A stretch of 24,298 nucleotides of DNA from a virus. Its lineage: Duplodnaviria > Caudoviricetes. The DNA is taken from IMG/VR virus record IMGVR_UViG_3300025723_000167, positions 1-24,298 of that record; one strand, 5' to 3'. Both the position numbers and the translations under genes were made by a program. The notes under the pieces are model-generated. The model did no database searches and was not told the origin of the DNA. It was given only the letters and a program-made list of their open reading frames with translations. Each line of letters begins with the position of its first letter. The stretch's first letter is position 1. Shown in pieces: positions 1 through 8,090 of this stretch.

Positions 1-1636
1 AAGAATATGTAATACCACGAAGAGAAGCTACTTTATCAAGTGCATTATTAATAGTTTCAACATTAGTTTTTAATCTTGCATCCGAAGTTGAAAAGGCAGT
101 AATATCACCTGTTGCTGTAATTGAACCTGTTACAGTTAATGCGCCAGTGGCTACTGTACTGCTAAATGAAGCTGAAGATCCAGATATTAATTGTCCAGCA
201 TTAATACCGCCAGTAGCTGCAAAATTACCCGAAGTTGAAATTGATCCAGTAAATGCTGCTCCTGATAATGGTGCATAAGTTGAAGCTGCTGTACTGACTG
301 TTAAGTAACCGTTTACTACACTGGCAGTAACATAATTTGCACCATTGGTAAATGCAGTATTATCTGCAGGAACAGTTGGCACAACAACAGTTTGCCATGA
401 ACATATACCTGAAGTTGCGTCAGCAGTTAAGAACTTTTGTGGGCCGCCGCCTGTGATTTTTAAATTACTTGGGGCTCCAATAGTTGCAAGTCCACCACCT
501 ATAGTAAATCCGCCATTAAATGTAGATAGACCTGTAAAAGTAGATGTGCCAGCAGCAGTAATACTAGCATTAGAATTAAGACTTCCAGCAGTTATATTTC
601 CAACAAAGTTGTTTTGTGAGCCACCAACATTAATATTACCAGAAATGCCGGCGCCGCCGCGATCTTGAAAGGCGCCTGTAACTGTATTAATACTTGGGGT
701 AGTTGTACTGATTACGAAATCGCTAGATCCACCAGACTTAATAGTTCCTGCTACAACAAGATCAAAATTACATACAAGATTTCCATTTGGATAAATGTCA
801 ACAGCATCAATTAATGTACTGCCGCTATTAACTTTAAAATTCATTGTACCGAGACTAGTTGTGTTAGTAATAGCAACATTCGGAGTGTTAACAGATAAAT
901 TCAAATTATTAGCTGTTCCAACTTTTAAACCAGCATTATTTAATATACTGATAGTACCAGTGGTACTTGAATTTATGTCTGAACGAAGATAAGCATTTCC
1001 ATATATACCGCCTAACTTTTCAGAATTAGTTGCTTCTCCAGCAAATCTCGCATTAGTCAAGTAATCAGTTGATATTAAATTGAGACCAGGATAGATGTAT
1101 TGAAATCCATCAATACTGGGATTTGGTTGAAAGGCAGACACTCCCTGCGTTGAAAGTATCATATAATAATAGCCGCTAACTTTAAAAGAAATAACATTAT
1201 AATTAGAAGTACCATCAGAAAGTACTTCTGATGTGATACCTGCAAGTCCAGTTTGGGGACCAATTAATTTATAATTTCCATTGATATCAAACCCGTATAG
1301 TGCGCCTGTATCAGTTTTCCACCATAGGTCACCTACATTATTTGTAGTAGGTTGAGTAACACTCGCTGTTGTAGATCCAACATTCTTCCAAACTGATCCA
1401 GTATATACTTTTAATATATTATTTCCACTGTCCCACCAAATTTCACCCTTAAGTGGACTACCTGGAGCTATTGTGCTTGAAGAATTTTCCAATAGTCTAA
1501 CAAAATTTTGATCTAATATGTTGCCATAGTTGGGATAGTTCTTTCCAACCAATGTTACAGTAGTTGACGTATTAATAGTACCGTCAGCTATAACGATAGG
1601 GTTTTGTCCATTGGTGGGTGTAATCGTATATGCCAT
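1..1636 (-). CDS. Tail fibre/baseplate-associated fibre protein with C-terminal Peptidase_S74 (intramolecular chaperone) domain; 3' end runs off the window
   Basis: Absent from the ORF track because there is no stop in the window. Hand translation from ATG 1636 gives MAYTITPTNGQNPIVIADGTINTSTTVTLVGKNYPNYGNILDQNFVRLLEN...PLKGEIWWDSG. The same frame gives TGAFQDRGGAGISGN near 680 and TATGDITAFSTSDARLKTNVETINNALDKVASLRGITYS at the window edge (S-D-x-R-L-K autocleavage motif). GGAG RBS and TAAATA upstream. Frame was spot-checked, not verified codon by codon. Confidence 0.85.
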   Translation of the reverse strand, partial: MAYTITPTNGQNPIVIADGTINTSTTVTLVGKNYPNYGNILDQNFVRLLENSSSTIAPGSPLKGEIWWDSGNNILKVYTGSVWKNVGSTTASVTQPTTNNVGDLWWKTDTGALYGFDINGNYKLIGPQTGLAGITSEVLSDGTSNYNVISFKVSGYYYMILSTQGVSAFQPNPSIDGFQYIYPGLNLISTDYLTNARFAGEATNSEKLGGIYGNAYLRSDINSSTTGTISILNNAGLKVGTANNLNLSVNTPNVAITNTTSLGTMNFKVNSGSTLIDAVDIYPNGNLVCNFDLVVAGTIKSGGSSDFVISTTTPSINTVTGAFQDRGGAGISGNINVGGSQNNFVGNITAGSLNSNASITAAGTSTFTGLSTFNGGFTIGGGLATIGAPSNLKITGGGPQKFLTADATSGICSWQTVVVPTVPADNTAFTNGANYVTASVVNGYLTVSTAASTYAPLSGAAFTGSISTSGNFAATGGINAGQLISGSSASFSSTVATGALTVTGSITATGDITAFSTSDARLKTNVETINNALDKVASLRGITYS

Positions 1637-1657
1637 ATCTCAAGAGCTCCTACATCT

Positions 1658-1665
1658 TATTTAGC
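1658..1665 (-). promoter_or_regulatory. T4-type late promoter variant (GCTAAATA)
   Basis: TAAATA core 21 nt upstream of ATG 1636, the same spacing as the other copies. Confidence 0.55.
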
Positions 1666-1696
1666 GAAGAATGAAATTGTCAATGATCTGTTTTTA

Positions 1697-3013
1697 TTAA
1701 ACAGCAGAATTATCAATTATATAAGACCAACGATTATTTGTTGTATCCCAGAATGCAATCTTTCCTCCAGGAGTACTATCTGTTACAGAAGCCATACTTC
1801 CAATTGTAGCTGTAATCGTTCGAAGTGAAGATGCTGTATATGATCCTACTTTCAATATACCCGAATAAGTAGGCAAGTAAGAAGCAACATTATTATTACT
1901 ATAAGATATTTGAACTATCGGTGTTGAAATAACAGTTCTAGCTTCGACAACATCTGTTGAAATAGGAGCTTCTGACAATGTTAATACATTACCTGATATG
2001 CTATATCCTAAACTTGGTATCTGCATAACACCATTGATACTAACAATTGTTCCAGAAGTCGTAGCTTGTTGACTTAAATTAAAAGTAGTAGTTGATCCAT
2101 CACCAGTAAATGTATCACTAGAAACAATGCCTGCATTAGTAATACCCAAAGCATTTAAATATGCATTAACTTCTGTATTACCATAATTACTCGATACAAA
2201 TATTACACCATTGGCATAATAATATTCATTACTGTAAACTGCACCAGGAATAACATTTATATTACCAGCAGATAAATTTCCAGCATAGGTTGGCAAATAT
2301 GCAGCAACATTGCTATTGTTATAAACTTGACTTTGTAAAGTTGATATTGAACTATTAGCAGCCGAAACATTTGAATTGATGGCACTGATTGCGTTGTTGG
2401 CCCATATATTATATGATCCAACATTTGATTGTAGTGTCGATATTGCCAAATTAGCTGCTGCAATATTACTATTAATAGTTACAACATTCGTCTGTAGGTT
2501 AGCAAGCCAAATATTTGCAAATGCTTCATAAGCACCAACATTACTTTGTAGTTGCGAAATAGCTAAATTAGCAGCTGAAAGATTTGAATTGATGGTACTG
2601 ATTGCGGCATTTGCTGCACTTAAATTTGCATTAGTATTACTAATTGAATTATTTTCAGTACCGATATTTGATAAAATTGCTTGATCAACATAGTTTTTTG
2701 TTGCAGCGTCTTGAAGATTAATTGGGTTAACTACATTAAGAATTCTTAATGTATTCGCATTGATATTTCCTGTTAAAGAAGATAAGATCAGATCGCTGTT
2801 TAAAGCAGTAACCGTTGTATTGTTGATATAAACATTACTTGCAGTCACTGACCCGTTTACAGTTAATGCATTACCAGGCACAATAGTATTAATGCCAATT
2901 CGACGATTGTTAACATCATAATACATTAAATTGCTGTCTATAATAAGATCGACCCCGTTTCGAACGAGGTTATCTTTTAGCATAGTGCCTGCAACTTTTC
3001 CTAGAATAGCCAT
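1697..3013 (-). CDS. Virion fibre-like structural protein with coiled-coil segment and FTGDG beta-domain
   Basis: 438 aa. Contains RIGINT..P...LTVNG, QDAATKNYVD, repeated N(L/I/V)(S/A)AAN.AIS.LQS helical units, three Y.N..V.(A/S)YL repeats and an SDTFTGDGSTTTF...SINGVMQIP...YSISGNVLTLSEAP domain. Confidence 0.7.
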   Translation of the reverse strand: MAILGKVAGTMLKDNLVRNGVDLIIDSNLMYYDVNNRRIGINTIVPGNALTVNGSVTASNVYINNTTVTALNSDLILSSLTGNINANTLRILNVVNPINLQDAATKNYVDQAILSNIGTENNSISNTNANLSAANAAISTINSNLSAANLAISQLQSNVGAYEAFANIWLANLQTNVVTINSNIAAANLAISTLQSNVGSYNIWANNAISAINSNVSAANSSISTLQSQVYNNSNVAAYLPTYAGNLSAGNINVIPGAVYSNEYYYANGVIFVSSNYGNTEVNAYLNALGITNAGIVSSDTFTGDGSTTTFNLSQQATTSGTIVSINGVMQIPSLGYSISGNVLTLSEAPISTDVVEARTVISTPIVQISYSNNNVASYLPTYSGILKVGSYTASSLRTITATIGSMASVTDSTPGGKIAFWDTTNNRWSYIIDNSAV

Positions 3014-3033
3014 CTATGATTCCGATTTAATAG

Positions 3034-3041
3034 TATTTATA
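3034..3041 (-). promoter_or_regulatory. T4-type late promoter TATAAATA
   Basis: Exact T4 gp55 consensus, 20 nt upstream of ATG 3013. Confidence 0.8.
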
Positions 3042-3060
3042 GCTATCAGGAAACGTAGAT

Positions 3061-3468
3061 TTAGTTTGCGTCTGTGCTTGCAAAATTATGGAAAACTATA
3101 ACAGTTTGCCCGCTAGGAGGAGCATTATAGAATGTAATTTGATTTCCGGATAATGTGTATGCATCATCTGGGTTTTGATTTACGTTGCCGACAAATACAA
3201 TTATAGTGTAAGTTGCCAGTGGGGTCTGTGTCAAAGTAAATGTTGTAGTTGTTCCATCACCCGTAAATGTATCTTTTACAATTTTTACGGTACCATTAAT
3301 AGCAACTTGTTGCCATGCATTGTAATAAATTTCAAATCTGCTAAGGTCAGTATTGAATCTCATTTGCCCATTAACAGGTGTACTGGGTCTGTCAGCAGTA
3401 GATCCAATTGGAATTTGTATCGCTGTGCTGCCTGTTTTAAGAAAATCGTTTTTAAGCAATCTAGCCAT
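3061..3468 (-). CDS. Small virion structural protein (P.G.TA.RP...G.MRFN motif plus FTGDG domain)
   Basis: 135 aa. IPIGSTADRPSTPVNGQMRFNTD and KDTFTGDGTTTTF...NQNP..AYTLSGNQITFYNAP. Start overlaps the upstream stop (TAATG). Confidence 0.7.
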   Translation of the reverse strand: MARLLKNDFLKTGSTAIQIPIGSTADRPSTPVNGQMRFNTDLSRFEIYYNAWQQVAINGTVKIVKDTFTGDGTTTTFTLTQTPLATYTIIVFVGNVNQNPDDAYTLSGNQITFYNAPPSGQTVIVFHNFASTDAN

Positions 3469-3779
3469 TAGAGTGAAACATATCCTACGGTTGTTGTAAC
3501 AGAAGTATTAGCATTTGCGTTAGCATATACAGCATCACCATTATTTAAAATAATCTTTTCAGTTGAAACAACTAATGTATCTGAAGAAGTAATAGCATAG
3601 TTTGAATATACTTGATTATTTGCATAAGCAGCACCAACTGCGCTAGGAACCAAATAAAGATTAACCGTTTTAGTTGAACCACTTGTATTGCAAAAGTATA
3701 AAAGGTTAACTACCGTAGACCCACTACTTGTATAAATCGCTGTTGGCGTAGTAGTTAAAACCGTATTCGAAATTGCCAT
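3468..3779 (-). CDS. Hypothetical small beta-rich virion protein
   Basis: 103 aa, in the operon, with an AGGA RBS. Thr/Ser/Val-rich, with motifs FCNT and EKIILNNGD. Confidence 0.65.
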   Translation of the reverse strand: MAISNTVLTTTPTAIYTSSGSTVVNLLYFCNTSGSTKTVNLYLVPSAVGAAYANNQVYSNYAITSSDTLVVSTEKIILNNGDAVYANANANTSVTTTVGYVSL

Positions 3780-3791
3780 TTTTTTATTTCC

Positions 3792-4415
3792 TTAACCGAA
3801 TATCAATGCTAAAACCGTAGCTTTAGTCTTGGTTATTAATTCATCTGACGTAACACTATTTACAACAAATAACCCGCTGCCGCCGCTTCCTGGAGTATTA
3901 GCTAATAACTGTATAGTATTACTAACATTAGAAGGTGTACCACTTGTTTGATAATCCATTTTTAAAATATCTTTAAGATAAGTTGTGCCCGTACCAAAAG
4001 CATTTAATGTTAGATCTATGCTGCTAGTAGTTGTTATTATTCCTGTATTAGAAATAAGTGTTGTGCCAATTTGCACATTACCATTGGAAGAGAAGTAATT
4101 AAAGTTATTACTACCAACAGCAACACCTCCTAAATTATATTGAATATTGTTATTATTACCGCCTGCTGGAAGTGTTCCAGCGCCTCCCCAATTAACTCCT
4201 GTACCAGTGGATGTTAATACTTGCCCACTACTACCCTTGTTGCCACCAGCATAAAGAGGACCATTAATGGTTAAATTACCGGTTATAATTTCGTCTTGGT
4301 TTACAATTTCTGTGTTAACCGTTGTTGTAGTACCCGCTACCTGCAGATTACCATTAATTGTAACTAAGTTTGCATAGATATTATAGTTACCAGAAACTCT
4401 TTTTGTGCTAGACAT
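3792..4415 (-). CDS. Hypothetical virion fibre-like protein
   Basis: 207 aa. Contains V.INGNL.V.GTTTTVNT, G.SGQVLTSTGTGV.W and GG.NN.IQYN..G motifs, ending DELITKTKA....IFG. Late promoter upstream. Confidence 0.65.
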   Translation of the reverse strand: MSSTKRVSGNYNIYANLVTINGNLQVAGTTTTVNTEIVNQDEIITGNLTINGPLYAGGNKGSSGQVLTSTGTGVNWGGAGTLPAGGNNNNIQYNLGGVAVGSNNFNYFSSNGNVQIGTTLISNTGIITTTSSIDLTLNAFGTGTTYLKDILKMDYQTSGTPSNVSNTIQLLANTPGSGGSGLFVVNSVTSDELITKTKATVLALIFG

Positions 4416-4434
4416 TCATTCTTCCAGTTTAATG

Positions 4435-4442
4435 TATTTATA
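4435..4442 (-). promoter_or_regulatory. T4-type late promoter TATAAATA
   Basis: Exact consensus, 19 nt upstream of ATG 4415. Confidence 0.8.
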
Positions 4443-4449
4443 GTCGTGA

Positions 4450-4476
4450 CAAGAGGCTGAACAAGTCAGCCTCTTG
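4450..4476 (-). terminator. Perfect 11-bp hairpin; atypical terminator or RNA stability element
   Basis: CAAGAGGCTGA-ACAAG-TCAGCCTCTTG, just downstream of the stop at 4486. There is no clean U-tract on either strand. Confidence 0.5.
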
Positions 4477-4485
4477 AAATGGTTA

Positions 4486-5808
4486 TTAAGCGTTACGAAT
4501 CTTTACGCTATTAGCATCAGGTGCATTAAATGTCCAATGTACTGCGGTGTTATCAGCAAATCTTGCACCACCAGATCCTTGATACTTAATCACAGTTGCC
4601 TTATGACCACTAATCTTCTTAACCCAATAGTCATATCCATCAATATCAGTTGCTTGAATGAATAACCCAGTGCTATCAGTTGGGTAAGTTAAGTTTAGAA
4701 ACTTAGTAGTAGTTGCTGTTTGAACCTTAAATCGACGGGCGCCTTCCTGCTTGATGATATCAACAATTGAACTATCACTTACGTCAATGGCAATGATAGC
4801 ATTTTCTTGATAAGTTGTGACATTCTTACCTTTAACGTCAGCAACATTATCACCAGCATATTGTCCGCCGGTATCGGCTGTTAGCACAATCGTACCAACA
4901 GCCCGAATTTCATAAGGAGGTGTTATAGTTGAAAAAGTAACTGATTCTGTTCCAATATAACCTGATCCTTTTTGTGTTACAGCAAGATAACTTGCAGCAA
5001 AACCTACATCTAACTTACAACCAGTACCACCTGCAGGTAATACAGTTGTTGTATTGTTTGAGTTATAAAGATAAGTTGTTCCATAAGCATAATCGATGCT
5101 GCTTACAATCACAGCAGCTTCAACACCATATGTAAATGTAACAGTACCGCCAGCAGCATTATTATCCTGACCTGGAGTTCCACCTGGATTTGGACCATTG
5201 AAGTCACCATCACCGCGAGTATTGTATGTTGGATTTGTTGGATTTGGAGTATTGGGTCCACCGACAATCGTTAGTGCTGTCTTTGGAGCAGCAGCAAAAC
5301 TAGGGCCGCCATCCCATACACCATAGACAGATATACCAGCATTATAACCAGTTAGATGATGTCCGCCATCCACCGTTAGACCTTTAAGCTGCGTGGGACT
5401 TGTCCAGTGTGAATCAACCCCCGCATCCCAAACAATCCATTCGCCGCCGTCCCAGTTAGTATTTGAACCTGATGGAACAAGTGTAGCACTGATTACACGC
5501 AACTTAGAAACTTTCCAAGTTGTGCCATTGGCATCAGTTAAGATATCGCCAATTTGATAACCTGTGCCTTTGGCGTTTGGACTACAATTCTGTGCCACAC
5601 TATGTAGTACACCAGCTGCTTGAATGCCAGTTGGAATACTAGGTGCTGCCAATGAAGCAATCGTTGGAAGACGATTGATATAGTTACCAACATTGCTAAA
5701 ACTAAAGCTGGCAATGCCTTCTCCACCAATGTTATCATCAGTTAGAATACCGCTGTTAACGCCAATGTTTCTATTACCAAAATATTTTTTATTGAGTGGT
5801 CTTCCCAT
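4486..5808 (-). CDS. Virion structural protein with MGRPLNKKYFG N-terminus
   Basis: 440 aa, Gly/Thr-rich with G(T/S)GY motifs. Its C-terminal domain is paralogous to the adjacent 135-aa ORF. GGAG RBS. Confidence 0.7.
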   Translation of the reverse strand: MGRPLNKKYFGNRNIGVNSGILTDDNIGGEGIASFSFSNVGNYINRLPTIASLAAPSIPTGIQAAGVLHSVAQNCSPNAKGTGYQIGDILTDANGTTWKVSKLRVISATLVPSGSNTNWDGGEWIVWDAGVDSHWTSPTQLKGLTVDGGHHLTGYNAGISVYGVWDGGPSFAAAPKTALTIVGGPNTPNPTNPTYNTRGDGDFNGPNPGGTPGQDNNAAGGTVTFTYGVEAAVIVSSIDYAYGTTYLYNSNNTTTVLPAGGTGCKLDVGFAASYLAVTQKGSGYIGTESVTFSTITPPYEIRAVGTIVLTADTGGQYAGDNVADVKGKNVTTYQENAIIAIDVSDSSIVDIIKQEGARRFKVQTATTTKFLNLTYPTDSTGLFIQATDIDGYDYWVKKISGHKATVIKYQGSGGARFADNTAVHWTFNAPDANSVKIRNA

Positions 5809-5810
5809 AA

Positions 5811-6218
5811 TTAAGCTCCTGGAATTGATACTGTGCTGTTAGAAGCTGCACCAAACTTCCACTGATACTTAACACCATTGAAATCTAATAGAAACTTGTT
5901 TGTAAGTCTATAAACATAGAAGGTAGTCGGAGCCGATGTTGTTGCTGTAAGACTCATTTCACCAACAGCAAGACTACTGCCTGCCTTATTAGCAAATGTA
6001 CATACACCAGTATATGTGCCGTCTGTTACTAAGAAACGACCTTTGCCTTTCTGACGAAGGATGCTGCCATTGGCACCTTGGCTTCCGCCATTTAAATATA
6101 CTTTTACTTGAATTTGATTACCGGTAATTGAAGTCAAACCACCTGTACCGCCAATTACAGCACTTTGATCAAAACCTACGTTTACCGTAGCAGATTTCTG
6201 AATCTTAAACTTTGCCAT
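5811..6218 (-). CDS. Small virion structural protein, paralogue of the C-terminal domain of 4486..5808
   Basis: 135 aa. ILRQKGKGRFLV...FYVYRLTNK...YQWKF...VSIPGA. AAGGA RBS. Confidence 0.7.
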   Translation of the reverse strand: MAKFKIQKSATVNVGFDQSAVIGGTGGLTSITGNQIQVKVYLNGGSQGANGSILRQKGKGRFLVTDGTYTGVCTFANKAGSSLAVGEMSLTATTSAPTTFYVYRLTNKFLLDFNGVKYQWKFGAASNSTVSIPGA

Positions 6219-6238
6219 TTATTTTATTCCTTTAAATT

Positions 6239-6288
6239 GCGACGTTCTATGTCGCTCGAAGTGGCTTGCTCCGAGAGTTCATTCGAAC
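6239..6288 (-). ncRNA. Candidate structured 5' leader RNA (three adjacent hairpins)
   Basis: RNA reads GUUC-GAAU-GAAC, CUCGGAG-CAAGCCA-CUUCGAG and GCGAC-AUAGAAC-GUCGC, between the promoter at 6294-6301 and the RBS of 5811..6218. The sequence is GC-richer than its flanks. Confidence 0.45.
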
Positions 6289-6293
6289 AAATA

Positions 6294-6301
6294 TATTTAT
6301 C
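6294..6301 (-). promoter_or_regulatory. Late promoter variant GATAAATA
   Basis: 7/8 match to TATAAATA, immediately 5' of the structured leader. Confidence 0.6.
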
Positions 6302-6406
6302 ATTTTTTCTTTTCTTAGTTTCTGAAATTTTTCTTTTAGTTTCATCACTAAGTGTCTTTCCACGCCTAAAATCGGCTGGCTAAAACCGCAGTCTAAAGCG
6401 ACAAAG

Positions 6407-6414
6407 TATTTATA
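6407..6414 (-). promoter_or_regulatory. T4-type late promoter TATAAATA
   Basis: Exact consensus directly after the S8 peptidase TAA. Confidence 0.7.
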
Positions 6415-8085
6415 TTAGCAGGGCATTTCGGCAAAGGGCTCTGGCTGAACTGTTTGTAAGGTTAAACTGGTATTGTTGTTAAATTTATTAAACAATACTC
6501 TTGGTAATCCGCCCCACAGAGAATTTAATACAGTATAATCGTTGTTTCCACCAAAATAACAAAGTCGTACACCAACATTAGCCAGTTCGATGTTTGTTAA
6601 CCAGTTCTTAAATTCCGCAGGTTTAGCAGTAGGATTCACTTGAAGTATTAATGTGCTCAATCCACAAACTTGAGGACTCGCCATGCTTGTTCCTGTAATA
6701 CAGCCTTGCTTGAATACTGCGTTTAGATAATAAGGCGCATCGCTATAGCCCTCATCAGTAAATGTATTTGTGTTTGATGTTGCGCTGTAGATAGCATATC
6801 CACACGCATAAATGTCAACACCGGGACCACCTTCACTGAAGTCTGCTTTTTGATCTAATGAACTGCTGTATGGCATCAGGTCTAAACAACCAACATTGAT
6901 TGCTCTTGTGCTGTAGGGACTTGACCCTTGATTGTAATACACTGGTAAATTATAAGAGCCAGTATCAAATAAGAAGTAGTTGTTATAATCAGGACCGCCA
7001 GGAAGATCAATCTTAACACCATCATTACCAGCAGCAATAGCAACATGTATGCCAGCATCAATCATTTCTTCCAAGATGCTGTCAGTTGCTGGATCTCTAA
7101 TAGTGAATGTTCCAAATTCACCCATACCATATTCAGGATGAATGTCTGCTTCTAAATGAGAACCAGTCCAGGGTGTACCTCTATAATTGCCGCCGGTAAT
7201 AAAAGTTGCAGTATCGACCCCAGTATAATAACTGCCACTAAAACCCCAACTCATATTAACAATAGTTGGACGCTTGATGCCTGTTTCAGGATTAACTGGT
7301 TTATTACGATGCCAACCAATGATAAGATCAAATGCTTGGAGAGAATTGATACCATTACCGTCAATAGTAAGATCACTTAATTTCATGCTATAGATTGCTG
7401 CGTTCTTTGCCCAACCATATGTCTTACCAGTAGCAATGCCAGCAACATGCGTACCATGTCCGTCATGATCAGTATAAAAATTAGAGGGCATTGAACCACT
7501 AATACCAGCCTCAGAATACCAATCAATTGACACTACACGGCTGTAGCCTTCTGAATTTTGAAACTCAGGATGATTTGCCTGTATGCCAGTATCCATAATA
7601 ACAACATCAACACCAGATCCATCTAATGTGTGAGTATATCCATTGGGAGCAGTTTGAGCTGTACCATAGACATTATCTTTACTATTATGTCTTACAAGAC
7701 CATAATTTAGATTATTGCCGGTTGATACTGAATCATTAGCGGGTTTGTTAAAATTACCTGTCTGCACAGCCGCAGGTTTTGGCTTAAACCCAAGATGCTG
7801 TATTGGGACAACAACGCTGGCAACACGAACATCATTTTTAAGTAATGCTGCTTCAGCATCAGTTAGAACATAATGACAACTACGCTGACTACCTGGACGC
7901 TCATCGATAATTCTAACAGCACGATCAGGAACATAAGTTGATCCTGATCCGTTAGTTTCAATTTCTTGCCAGAAAGCAGCGTAGTCGACACCAGGATTTA
8001 GACTTACAATGTATTCTTTGCCATCAGCATATGCAGGAATGCTGGGTACTACATGTGATTTTATACCTGGTGTCTTCTTAAGCAT
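6415..8085 (-). CDS. S8 (subtilisin-like) serine peptidase, probably virion-associated
   Basis: Catalytic motifs in order: VDVVIMDTGI (Asp), HGTHVAG (His), NMSWG, AAGND (oxyanion Asn), GTSMASP (Ser). The N-terminal KEYIVSL...LKNDVRV segment resembles a propeptide. Confidence 0.92.
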   Translation of the reverse strand: MLKKTPGIKSHVVPSIPAYADGKEYIVSLNPGVDYAAFWQEIETNGSGSTYVPDRAVRIIDERPGSQRSCHYVLTDAEAALLKNDVRVASVVVPIQHLGFKPKPAAVQTGNFNKPANDSVSTGNNLNYGLVRHNSKDNVYGTAQTAPNGYTHTLDGSGVDVVIMDTGIQANHPEFQNSEGYSRVVSIDWYSEAGISGSMPSNFYTDHDGHGTHVAGIATGKTYGWAKNAAIYSMKLSDLTIDGNGINSLQAFDLIIGWHRNKPVNPETGIKRPTIVNMSWGFSGSYYTGVDTATFITGGNYRGTPWTGSHLEADIHPEYGMGEFGTFTIRDPATDSILEEMIDAGIHVAIAAGNDGVKIDLPGGPDYNNYFLFDTGSYNLPVYYNQGSSPYSTRAINVGCLDLMPYSSSLDQKADFSEGGPGVDIYACGYAIYSATSNTNTFTDEGYSDAPYYLNAVFKQGCITGTSMASPQVCGLSTLILQVNPTAKPAEFKNWLTNIELANVGVRLCYFGGNNDYTVLNSLWGGLPRVLFNKFNNNTSLTLQTVQPEPFAEMPC

Positions 8086-8090
8086 CTAAA

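Larger units (their letters stand above)
6224..6382 (-). pseudogene. Relic of a NUMOD3-containing homing endonuclease
   Basis: Minus frame 6379-6224 reads PADFRRGKTLSDETKRKISETKKRKN.... It is preceded by an in-frame TAG (6382-6380) and has no start codon. Confidence 0.6.
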
